IMG/VR virus record: IMGVR_UViG_3300045988_037298
DNA length: 45,314 bases
Strand: one strand, 5' to 3'
DNA from: a virus
Part shown: one piece after another, positions 1-7,061 of the stretch
Numbering within the stretch: position 1 is the first letter of the stretch
How the letters are laid out: each line of letters begins with the position of its first letter
The notes under the pieces: model-generated
The model's input: only the letters and a program-made list of their open reading frames with translations
Database searches by the model: none
Told to the model about the DNA's origin: nothing
Program-made: the position numbers and the translations under genes

Positions 1-55
1 GTTAGATTTATCCTGTATGCAGCAGATGGAACTACAAATCAGCTGGATATGCAAT
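1..55. repeat. 55-bp terminal sequence identical to 45260-45314 (circular-assembly overlap or terminal redundancy)
   Basis: GTTAGATTTATCCTGTATGCAGCAGATGGAACTACAAATCAGCTGGATATGCAAT is present at both ends in the same orientation. Confidence 0.95.
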
Positions 56-951
56 CTGTCCCTGTGGTGATAGATGTGGACGCACTTACCCATGAAGAGA
101 TATTTAATCTTCTTACAAATAATGGTTCCATGAAAGGAATTTATAAAGAGGGCAACCAGTTATATATTTCGTTTACTTATGCGAAGGGCGGAACGTTAAA
201 GCTTGGCGGTCCAAATAATGGATATGGCACCTTTGAGGTGTATGACGCGAATGGAAATATAATAACCCAAATAGATAACTCGGTTGGGTTTAAAAACTTC
301 AAGGGAAAAGAGTGGTTCCAGATAAATGAATCTGTAGCTACAGCTGGTTACGATTCCTCCCTTGTTCATGGACTTCTTGATTTATCCGCGCAATACTCTG
401 ATGGATATTGGACTGTTTTGGAGAGCAAACAAGCTGGTCTTCTTTTAAAAACAGTATCTAGGATGAAAGTTGAGACAACCGGAAGCAGTTCTCTGACTCT
501 CAATGTGCCAGAAATGCCTAAGCTTATAACCGGTAGTAACTTGGGGAAAAATAATAATGGAGATGTCGGAACAATTGCGTCATCCTCTATGCATTATAAA
601 GTACTCGGGAAAACCGTAAAAGAAGACGAACTGGAAGACCTCTATAAAGTCAAGGTAATCTGGGCGAAGTACAAAGACGGATACCTTATGGAACAAGACG
701 AACGGTGCGGTAAAGAAATGCCAATGTTCATCGCGGAGGATATTGACCGAAGATTTCCAATCGCTGTCGATCATAACGAAAAAGGACATGCTGAAAACTG
801 GAACTATCGTATTATGATTCCCTGTATGTTCGCAATGTTAAAAAATGAGCATGAAAAAGTTAAAAATCTACAATCCGAGCTTGATTCCGTGAGAGCGGAA
901 TTGAATGAATTAAAGCAACTTATCAAACAACATATTTCAATGGAGGTATAA
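1..951 (+). CDS. C-terminal part of the tail fibre / receptor-binding protein (continuation of 41807-45314 across the junction)
   Basis: The frame is open from nt 1 (VRFILYAADGTTNQLDMQ...) and is in the same phase as the open frame at the window end once the overlap is merged. Stop TAA at 949-951. The C-terminus (MPMFIAEDIDRRFPIAVDH..NWNYRIMIPCMFAMLKNEHEKVKNLQSEL) resembles intramolecular-chaperone (peptidase S74-like) fibre ends, followed by a coiled coil. Confidence 0.8.
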   Translation, partial: VRFILYAADGTTNQLDMQSVPVVIDVDALTHEEIFNLLTNNGSMKGIYKEGNQLYISFTYAKGGTLKLGGPNNGYGTFEVYDANGNIITQIDNSVGFKNFKGKEWFQINESVATAGYDSSLVHGLLDLSAQYSDGYWTVLESKQAGLLLKTVSRMKVETTGSSSLTLNVPEMPKLITGSNLGKNNNGDVGTIASSSMHYKVLGKTVKEDELEDLYKVKVIWAKYKDGYLMEQDERCGKEMPMFIAEDIDRRFPIAVDHNEKGHAENWNYRIMIPCMFAMLKNEHEKVKNLQSELDSVRAELNELKQLIKQHISMEV

Positions 952-955
952 GATT

Positions 956-1420
956 ATGGCTAATAATACTTGGAAAAATTACACACAGAAAAATACAGCT
1001 TTATCGGATAATGATGAAGTTATGCTGTTGGATTCCGCTGACGGAAAGAACAAACGCGGACTGATGAGCAAATTTTGGGATTATGTCGTTGATAAAATGT
1101 CAACGGCTGTTATCAGTAAATTGGAAACTGAAAACAAGACCGTTATTGGGGCACTTAACTATTTATATGGCAACTCATTATCGCAAAAGACAGAAAATAT
1201 TGCGCAATTGCCTGATGGAAATAAAGTTAAATTAATATCGATAGGTGGTTCCGGAATTGATGTTGGTAGTACAGGTGAAAAAATTCCATCATGGTCTTTT
1301 GGAATATTTTTACCAAGTAGTGGAGGGTCTGATGCTTGTTTACTTTGTGCTAATTCAACACAGATTACCTTAGCATACAAATCAAGTGGTGTTTGGGTTT
1401 CTTGTAAAAGAATCGGATAA
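956..1420 (+). CDS. small tail-fibre-associated protein (154 aa); constant N-terminus (aa 1-72) plus the currently expressed variable C-terminal domain
   Basis: ATG 956 lies 9 nt after GGAGG and immediately after the fibre gene. The beta-rich C-terminus is followed by a palindromic hairpin. Codons N68-Y-L-Y-G72 coincide with the inverted repeat. Confidence 0.65.
   Translation: MANNTWKNYTQKNTALSDNDEVMLLDSADGKNKRGLMSKFWDYVVDKMSTAVISKLETENKTVIGALNYLYGNSLSQKTENIAQLPDGNKVKLISIGGSGIDVGSTGEKIPSWSFGIFLPSSGGSDACLLCANSTQITLAYKSSGVWVSCKRIG
1156..1173 (+). repeat. left inverted repeat (IRL) of the putative invertible segment
   Basis: TAACTATTTATATGGCAA. The exact reverse complement is at 1744-1761. Confidence 0.95.
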
Positions 1421-1438
1421 GATGATCATCTTATCCGA
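1413..1438. terminator. 26-bp perfect palindrome between the two convergent cassettes (bidirectional hairpin)
   Basis: TCGGATAAGATGA/TCATCTTATCCGA. It overlaps the stop codon of the 956-1420 gene. Confidence 0.55.
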
Positions 1439-1466
1439 AAGTGGCAGAATAAATAAATCTTAAAAA

Positions 1467-1761
1467 TTATACTTTTGCAAGAGCGCATTGCATCCAAATA
1501 CTTGATGTAATATGTAAATGCAATGTAACACCATCTGTTAGGCTTACATAATTTTCAGCAGAATTTCCAACCCACAATATTTTTCCAGTTTTACTGGCAT
1601 TGTCACCGGTTGTTATTACGGCAAAAAAAGTATTCACAATTGAACCATCGCCAACAAACGACATAAAAAAAATATATGTAGACATTCCATTTAAAACATA
1701 GTCTCTCTGTAAACCAGTTCCCATGTAAGCATTTATTAATGTCTTGCCATATAAATAGTTA
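1467..1761 (-). other. silent, start-less alternative C-terminal cassette (92 aa after the shared NYLYG) for the 956 gene
   Basis: The minus-strand frame is open from IRR to stop 1467-1469. It has no ATG with an SD; the track start is a TTG just outside the repeat. It reads ..ANYLYGKTLINAY.., parallel to ..ALNYLYGNSLSQK.. in the plus gene. Confidence 0.6.
1744..1761 (-). repeat. right inverted repeat (IRR) of the putative invertible segment
   Basis: TTGCCATATAAATAGTTA is the reverse complement of 1156-1173. Similarity extends to 25 bp with 2 mismatches on the inner side. Confidence 0.95.
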
Positions 1762-1987
1762 GCGAAAAATAAATAAAATCGCAAAACTCTATTCGCAAAA
1801 GATAATACATGATATAATCAGTATATCACAACAGCAAAAAGAGAGCTGAGTTCCCGACTACCAATCAAAAAGTTCAGCTCCAAGCACCACAAAGGGTACG
1901 ACTATATTATAACATAGTACCTTCCCTTTGCGGCAACAACAGCCATGATTCCGTGAAATTTAATCATGGTAGGTATATTGTATAAAA

Positions 1988-2024
1988 ATGTGGGGCTGAA
2001 ATTCACAATTGCTCGTTGTATCAT
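1988..2024 (+). promoter_or_regulatory. putative late promoter, copy A (ATGTGGGG-N23-TATCAT)
   Basis: Same 8-mer and same spacing as the copies at 22334 and 31102. It lies 30 nt upstream of the endolysin start. Confidence 0.5.
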
Positions 2025-2053
2025 GTACTTATCAATATGAAAGGAATGATATA

Positions 2054-3058
2054 ATGAGCAAATTACAGGAATTTTTAAACCTTGGTGATTATTACGCATC
2101 AAACGGCGGGTACCTTGAAAAGAAAAGTAATGCCTATCTGGATGATTTTAAAAAGAATGCAGGATATAACAATTACACTAAATTTGCAAGAGATGTGAAT
2201 AGATGGGGGCAGCCAGGATGCCAGGGGCAGCCGTGGTGCGCGGAGTACCAGTTTTGGAAACTGGTGAATGTTTTGGGAATTACAAAAGCCTTGCAGATTA
2301 TGGGCGGCGGATTTTATAACTGTGTGTCTATCACTAATCATGCTAAAGCAAACGGAACTTGGCGCAGCACGCCAAAAGTCGGCGCACTTGTAATCTTCCG
2401 CAATGGCTCCCATATTGGAAGTGTGCAGAGTTTAACCAGTTCAAACATTAACACAAATGAGGGAAATACTTCCAGTGCACCGGGAGTTGTAGCCAACGGA
2501 GGAGCAGTCCGTAACAAAACTTATGCTATCAATGATCCATCTATTGATGGTTATGTATGGATTGATTGGGAATCCTACGAGGATACCACAACCTGGAAAA
2601 AAACAGGAACCAGAGTAGCAATTGTGAATGATCTGTATGTCCGTGAAACACCGAATGGATATGTAATGGGTTCCATTGATAAAGATACTGTTGTTGATAT
2701 TGATGGAAAAACAAGTGGAAAGTGGACGCATGTAAAAGTTTCCGGAATTGGAATTGGCTGGATCTGGACTGGATACTTGGAAAAGGAGGGTGGATCCACA
2801 TCCGCTGCCATTACAGGAAAACAGGATAAGACACAGGTGCTTTTCAAGGGAAATGTAACTGCCACTGTGCTTAATGTGCGTACTTGGGCTGGAACTGAGT
2901 ACCCGAACATCAAAAAATACCCAAAGCTCAACCAGGGAAATGAAGTGGAAGTAATGAATTTTACCCAGAAAGATAAAAACGGTAGTAAGTGGTATTATGT
3001 CCGTATTTCTGGAAAGTATTATGGCTTTGTATCTGCAAAATATATCAAAAAGCAGTAA
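2054..3058 (+). CDS. endolysin: N-terminal CHAP amidase/peptidase plus two SH3-type cell-wall-binding repeats
   Basis: GQPWCAEYQFW (Cys) and GALVIFRNGSHIGSV (His) are CHAP motifs. Two SH3_3-like repeats are present (..VNDLYVRETPNG.., ..LNVRTWAGTEYP..WYYVRISGKYYGFVSAKYI). ATG 2054 is in frame with track ORF 2009-3058. Confidence 0.85.
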   Translation: MSKLQEFLNLGDYYASNGGYLEKKSNAYLDDFKKNAGYNNYTKFARDVNRWGQPGCQGQPWCAEYQFWKLVNVLGITKALQIMGGGFYNCVSITNHAKANGTWRSTPKVGALVIFRNGSHIGSVQSLTSSNINTNEGNTSSAPGVVANGGAVRNKTYAINDPSIDGYVWIDWESYEDTTTWKKTGTRVAIVNDLYVRETPNGYVMGSIDKDTVVDIDGKTSGKWTHVKVSGIGIGWIWTGYLEKEGGSTSAAITGKQDKTQVLFKGNVTATVLNVRTWAGTEYPNIKKYPKLNQGNEVEVMNFTQKDKNGSKWYYVRISGKYYGFVSAKYIKKQ

Positions 3059-3064
3059 AAATTA

Positions 3065-3096
3065 TCCCGGGGTTAATTCCCCCGGGAATTTCTTTT
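3065..3096. terminator. rho-independent terminator shared by the endolysin (+) and the recombinase (-)
   Basis: Stem TCCCGGGG/CCCCGGGA, followed by a T-rich tract on the plus strand and preceded by an A-tract (a T-tract on the minus strand). Confidence 0.7.
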
Positions 3097-3154
3097 ATTT
3101 AATTACTGATAACATCAATGGGCTAGTTCGCCAGCACATAGAAGATATCATTAA

Positions 3155-4726
3155 TTATTTTTCTTGGATTTTCGGGAAAATGTCTAGCTGAAAACCAATC
3201 TCGTTGCCCTTCCCATAAGCGTTTTTAGTATCTTTTGAGTAGGCAACCTTTTCAATCAAACTCTTAAGCATTTTATTCTTCGATTCCGTGTCAAGGCTCC
3301 AATAGTTATCAAGTAGCTCTTCACAACGCGGGATAAAATCTGATTGTTGTTTTATAATGTTTTCGTCGTGTTTGATTTCTTCTTTTAATTTTTCTATAGT
3401 ATCGGAGCAAGACTGGATAGATGCGGATATTGTTTTGGCACGTTCAAGGAAAACCTCAGTGGTATAGATACCCTGTTCGAGTAGGTCATATTGTTTTGCT
3501 TTTTGGGCGTTTAAGCTTTCCAGCTCGTTTTCTTTTTCATGTATGAGATTTTGTTTAGAAATTATTGTTAAATCAATAGCCTGTGAAGATGTATTAATAT
3601 CATTGTTTAACTTATATTTCTCCACAATCTCCCTAATTCCATCAAGCACAGCTTTTTCAACCAGAGATAACTTGCTGCTCACTGTGGGGCAAGACGTATA
3701 TGGACACATGAGGGTATCTTCCTGCCCGCGCTTTTGATAAGGGCGGCGAACCATGGCGCGACCACATTTGCTGCAATAGACAATTCCGGAAAGCGGGTTG
3801 CGGATTGAGTTTTTTATACTGATTGGGCGAGGTGGGTTCTTTTTTCGTATTTCCTGTACAGAGTTAAATAGATCCTCTGATATAATAGCCGGATGTAATC
3901 CATCACAAATAAGAGTATCTTTTGATCGAGGACGTGTTTTAATTACCTGGCCATTTTGTATAGTTTTTACTGTTTTTCGGCCATTCCACCGGATTTTCCC
4001 GATGTATACCGGATTTGTTAGGATCCCCTGTATACTGGCAGGAGTCCAGTCGCCGCATAGTGCAGATTCTATTCCCATTTCATTTAATTTCCGTGCAATC
4101 TTCGCAACTCCAATTTGTTCGCAGCCATCACCGGCATACCAGGTGTAGATCATTTTTACAATCTCAGCTTGAGTCGGAACAGGTCGGAGAGTATAGCCTT
4201 TTTCTTTTTCGAGCTTAACTCTTTCGTATCCGTAAGGTGGTTTGTTGCCACAGTATTTCCCTTCTTTTACTGATGAGATCCTTCCGGCGTTCAGTCGGCG
4301 CTTGATGGTTTTATATTCTCTTCGGCTCATAAATAGTCCAAACTCAAAATACTCTTCATCAAATTCATTGTTCGGGTCGTATATTTTTGTTGGGGTAATA
4401 ATCTTCGTGTCGGAATATTGGAATGCTCTGGACACAACACCTTGGTCGATTGTGTCACCTCTGGCAAGACGTTCAACTTCCACAACCAGAACTCCATCCC
4501 ACATACCGGATTCTACCTCATGTAGAAGCTGCTGCATAACAGGACGGTCGGCGATAGTTTCTCCAGATACCACTTCACGGTAAATTGCACCCACAATGTA
4601 CTCTTTTTTCTTTGCGAGATCTAACAAGATCCGTTCATGTCTAGCAAGAGTTTCACCCTCTCCATGTGCTTCAGCTTCCCGATCAGCTCTGGATTTCCTT
4701 AGATAGATACATACCGATTCATTCAT
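3155..4726 (-). CDS. large serine recombinase (phage integrase candidate)
   Basis: 523 aa. The N-terminal resolvase domain has the catalytic Ser in YLRKSRADRE. It also has a recombinase domain, a zinc ribbon (CSKCGRAM..CPYTSCP) and a C-terminal coiled coil. Confidence 0.9.
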   Translation of the reverse strand: MNESVCIYLRKSRADREAEAHGEGETLARHERILLDLAKKKEYIVGAIYREVVSGETIADRPVMQQLLHEVESGMWDGVLVVEVERLARGDTIDQGVVSRAFQYSDTKIITPTKIYDPNNEFDEEYFEFGLFMSRREYKTIKRRLNAGRISSVKEGKYCGNKPPYGYERVKLEKEKGYTLRPVPTQAEIVKMIYTWYAGDGCEQIGVAKIARKLNEMGIESALCGDWTPASIQGILTNPVYIGKIRWNGRKTVKTIQNGQVIKTRPRSKDTLICDGLHPAIISEDLFNSVQEIRKKNPPRPISIKNSIRNPLSGIVYCSKCGRAMVRRPYQKRGQEDTLMCPYTSCPTVSSKLSLVEKAVLDGIREIVEKYKLNNDINTSSQAIDLTIISKQNLIHEKENELESLNAQKAKQYDLLEQGIYTTEVFLERAKTISASIQSCSDTIEKLKEEIKHDENIIKQQSDFIPRCEELLDNYWSLDTESKNKMLKSLIEKVAYSKDTKNAYGKGNEIGFQLDIFPKIQEK

Positions 4727-4748
4727 TTTATTATTCTCCTTTTTTAAC

Positions 4749-4777
4749 TTGTGTGATAATCCAGGAGATGGTATAAT
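4749..4777 (+). promoter_or_regulatory. sigma-A-type promoter (TTGTGT-N17-TATAAT with extended -10 TGg)
   Basis: Read directly. It points away from the recombinase start and has no ORF downstream. Confidence 0.5.
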
Positions 4778-4783
4778 TATGGT

Positions 4784-4855
4784 GTAGGTAAGATTTTCTC
4801 CGAGATTATCTTATTTATTAAACCGGTTCCTGTTGGTCGCAGGAGTCGGTTTTTT
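4784..4855 (+). ncRNA. candidate ~70-nt small RNA ending in an intrinsic terminator, antisense to the predicted recombinase leader
   Basis: The promoter at 4749-4777 is followed by the hairpin CCGGTTCCTG/CAGGAGTCGG (two G-U pairs) and then TTTTTT at 4850-4855. No ORF is present. Confidence 0.3.
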
Positions 4856-4857
4856 AA

Positions 4858-4866
4858 ATTATAGCA
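4858..4866 (-). promoter_or_regulatory. extended -10 element (TGcTATAAT) on the minus strand, candidate recombinase promoter
   Basis: The reverse complement of ATTATAGCA lies about 130 nt upstream of the recombinase ATG. The -35 is poor. Confidence 0.35.
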
Positions 4867-4939
4867 CAATATAAAAATAAATAAAGCATAATAATTTGGT
4901 ACAAATTACGTAAATTCACTATTATTATATAAAAATTGA

Positions 4940-4948
4940 TGGTATAAT
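4940..4948 (+). promoter_or_regulatory. extended -10 promoter element (TGgTATAAT) for the secreted-protein moron
   Basis: GATGGTATAAT, the same 11-mer as at 4767-4777, lies 25 nt upstream of the 4974 start. Confidence 0.45.
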
Positions 4949-4973
4949 CAAGAAAAAAAATGGGAGGTGCAAT

Positions 4974-5882
4974 ATGAAAAGAAACAAGAAAATTTTAACA
5001 GTTATCACAATCTTATTGCTCATTGTATGTATGGCGGTTCCGGTATCGGCAGCGGGCAAGATCAATAAGAAAAAAGCCACTTTGAAAGTCGGTCAAACAT
5101 TACAATTAAAAGTAACCGGTACAAAGGGAAAGGTAAAATGGAAAAGTAGTAAGAAATCTGTTGCAACGGTATCTTCTAAGGGACGCGTAAAAGCAAAGAA
5201 AAAAGGATCCGCAACGATTACTGCAAAGGTCGGAAAAAAGAAATACACTTGTAAAGTTACCGTTAAAAAGCCAGCTACTAACAGTAATGGTGGTTTTAGT
5301 GGAAATACAAATGCGAATACAAATGCTAATACCAGCGGTAAAAAGAACGTTGTAACCTATCATGCGGAATCGACACCGTATGGAGCAGTGGCAATTCTGG
5401 AAAACCATTATGACTATACAGTTGATTTAACTGTTGAATTTGTGTATTATCTGAATGGTTCTATGATCGGAACAAGCAAAGGATATAATTACGCTTTTGC
5501 GCCACACTCAAAATGTGCGCTTCAAGGTTGGAATCATGATAAGACCTGGGATTCCTTCAAAATAAATTTGAAAATAGAAAAAGCTTCAAATACTATAACG
5601 AATAATTCTGGCATTCGCTATTCTTCGAATTTTGGAGATAACAACGTAATGGTTGAGGTGAAAAATGTAGGTAGAAAAAACTATTCCACTCAGATAGGAG
5701 TTGTATTTTATCAGAATGGAAGAATTGTAGGTTATAATTATAATTACGCCCATGTGGAAAATCCTGGATCAACTGCTTATCTTCAATTTAATTTTCCGTA
5801 TGACAGGGATTACAATGATATTATCCCGGATAGATACGAGGTATATGTAAATAATTCGTACACGTACAGCTGGATGAATTAA
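4974..5882 (+). CDS. secreted protein: signal peptide, Big_2-like Ig domain, Asn/Thr linker, two beta-sandwich (FxLYD-like) repeats
   Basis: MKRNKKILTVITILLLIVCMAVPVSA is a signal peptide. ATLKVGQTLQLKV..ATVSSKGRVKAKKKGSATITAKV is Big_2-like. There is an internal duplication (..VEFVYYLNGSMIGTSKGYNYAF.. / ..IGVVFYQNGRIVGYNYNYAH..). The gene has its own promoter and terminator. Confidence 0.75.
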   Translation: MKRNKKILTVITILLLIVCMAVPVSAAGKINKKKATLKVGQTLQLKVTGTKGKVKWKSSKKSVATVSSKGRVKAKKKGSATITAKVGKKKYTCKVTVKKPATNSNGGFSGNTNANTNANTSGKKNVVTYHAESTPYGAVAILENHYDYTVDLTVEFVYYLNGSMIGTSKGYNYAFAPHSKCALQGWNHDKTWDSFKINLKIEKASNTITNNSGIRYSSNFGDNNVMVEVKNVGRKNYSTQIGVVFYQNGRIVGYNYNYAHVENPGSTAYLQFNFPYDRDYNDIIPDRYEVYVNNSYTYSWMN

Positions 5883-5889
5883 AAAAAAT

Positions 5890-5923
5890 AGAACTGGGGA
5901 TTTAACTCCTCAGTTCTTTTTTT
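5890..5923 (+). terminator. rho-independent terminator
   Basis: An 11-bp stem AGAACTGGGGA/TCCTCAGTTCT followed by TTTTTTT. Confidence 0.8.
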
Positions 5924-6052
5924 GTTGAGAAATGTAGAATTTTCTCGATTTTCGTCAAATACAGTATTAATGTAAGAAAATTTGTGCAAGATTGAGATAT
6001 TGTATAATTGTTATATTTAGAGTATAATATAAACTAATTTTGGAGGGATTTT

Positions 6053-6376
6053 ATGAAAGGAATAAAAAAGCTTGTTATATTTTTTCTGTTTGGGATAATG
6101 CTCACATTTTCTGTACGTGCGCCGCTATGCGAGAGCATCGACCCAACAGATTCCGAAGTGATTATTAAGGCAAGTGCCAATAATCAATACGTAATACATA
6201 ATTATACACAGGCGGTTGTATCTGAAGCAGAACAGCAGCCATTTGTTGTAAATAAAAGCAATAATACTTTTGCGGAGTGTACATGCCATTTCTTTTTCAA
6301 CCGTTCAAGGCAAAGGGAGGGCGCACTGTTCAAGCAGAGGGCGAGAAGTATGATCCAGTCCGTTCTATATCGCTGA
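6053..6376 (+). CDS. hypothetical small secreted protein (possibly frameshifted near 6277)
   Basis: GGAGGG lies 6 nt upstream and the N-terminus is a signal peptide (MKGIKKLVIFFLFGIMLTFSVRA). The Arg-rich tail looks out of frame, while overlapping frame 6277-6468 looks more protein-like. Confidence 0.4.
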   Translation: MKGIKKLVIFFLFGIMLTFSVRAPLCESIDPTDSEVIIKASANNQYVIHNYTQAVVSEAEQQPFVVNKSNNTFAECTCHFFFNRSRQREGALFKQRARSMIQSVLYR

Positions 6377-6442
6377 GAAGAGGGTATAATGAAATAAAGG
6401 AGAACAAATGTTCTTATTGTGCGATATTGGGAGGGACGGAAA

Positions 6443-6559
6443 ATGGATTACAAGAAGGAAATTATTGAAATGATAGAGAATACTGAAAATGAGGGAAAGT
6501 TAAAATTTGTCTATACGATTCTTATTAAATATCTGAAATCAAAGAAGCAAGGGGATTAA
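6443..6559 (+). CDS. hypothetical 38-aa protein
   Basis: GGGAGGG lies 7 nt upstream of ATG 6443. Sequence MDYKKEIIEMIENTENEGKLKFVYTILIKYLKSKKQGD. Its stop overlaps the stop of the convergent repressor gene inside the hairpin AGCAAGGG/CCCTTGCT. Confidence 0.4.
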   Translation: MDYKKEIIEMIENTENEGKLKFVYTILIKYLKSKKQGD

Positions 6560-6900
6560 CCCTTGCTCCTTTTGTTTAGCGATGAAACTATTTGTTTTAT
6601 TGCTTTCTTATCTTCTTTATCGAGTGCTTTGTATTCCTCGATAAAATCTAAGATGTCAGGTTCTGACATAAGATTTCCGATTATAACCGCATAATCATCA
6701 TCGCTTTTAGAACCCATGAGGTATGTCGGTGTTACTTCCAAAACGCCACATAGAAGCTCAATAGTGTCCATGTCTGGCTTGCACTTATCTTTTTCCCAGT
6801 CACTAATTGAATTGTGTTTTGCATTGATTTTTTCTGCAAGTTGTTTCTGGGTCAACTTCTTTGCCGTTCTGGCTTGCTTGATTTTCTCGCCAAATGTCAT
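6556..6900 (-). CDS. CI-like repressor (XRE-family HTH)
   Basis: FGEKIKQARTAKKLTQKQLAEKINAKHNSISDWEKDK is an HTH_3 motif. The gene is divergent from a Cro-like gene across an operator-rich region. Confidence 0.85.
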   Translation of the reverse strand: MTFGEKIKQARTAKKLTQKQLAEKINAKHNSISDWEKDKCKPDMDTIELLCGVLEVTPTYLMGSKSDDDYAVIIGNLMSEPDILDFIEEYKALDKEDKKAIKQIVSSLNKRSKG

Positions 6901-6924
6901 TATCGTTTCCTCCCTTCATAACTA

Positions 6925-6953
6925 ATAATAATATAAAAATTTCGGACTGTCAA
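6925..6953 (-). promoter_or_regulatory. repressor promoter (TTGACA-N17-TATTAT on the minus strand)
   Basis: Read from the reverse complement: -35 at 6948-6953 and -10 at 6925-6930. Confidence 0.55.
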
Positions 6954-6962
6954 TAAAATAAT

Positions 6963-6977
6963 TTCGATATCCTCGAA
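6963..6977. promoter_or_regulatory. operator O1 (TTCGA-tatcc-TCGAA)
   Basis: Perfect half-sites, extended to AATTTCGA/TCGAAATT. Confidence 0.6.
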
Positions 6978-6985
6978 ATTTCTTC

Positions 6986-7014
6986 TTGACATTCGAATAA
7001 ATCGAAGCTATACT
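6986..7014 (+). promoter_or_regulatory. early rightward promoter (TTGACA-N17-TATACT)
   Basis: Read directly; it drives the Cro-like gene. Confidence 0.65.
6992..7006. promoter_or_regulatory. operator O2 (TTCGA-ataaa-TCGAA) inside the spacer of the rightward promoter
   Basis: Perfect half-sites, centred 29 bp from O1. Confidence 0.6.
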
Positions 7015-7021
7015 GTAATTG

Positions 7022-7036
7022 TTCGATAGGAACGAA
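7022..7036. promoter_or_regulatory. operator O3 (TTCGA-tagga-ACGAA)
   Basis: One mismatch. It is centred 30 bp from O2, between the -10 and the cro-like start. Confidence 0.5.
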
Positions 7037-7061
7037 ATTAAATAGAAAGGAGAAATGAAGA

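Larger units (their letters stand above)
1156..1761. mobile_element. putative invertible DNA segment (G/C-segment-like host-range switch)
   Basis: 18-bp perfect inverted repeats sit in identical codon phase in two convergent open frames. See the finding at 956-1761. Confidence 0.55.

Noticed and set aside
956-1784. Diversity-generating retroelement as an explanation for the variable fibre tip
   Set aside because: No reverse transcriptase gene and no template/variable repeat pair with A-specific mismatches occur anywhere in the window. The two cassettes are unrelated in sequence apart from the inverted repeat.
1902-2102. 66-aa minus-strand ORF upstream of the endolysin
   Set aside because: It overlaps late-promoter copy A and the endolysin start, has no SD, and the region is better explained by hairpins (1890-1930, 1943-1969) and the promoter.
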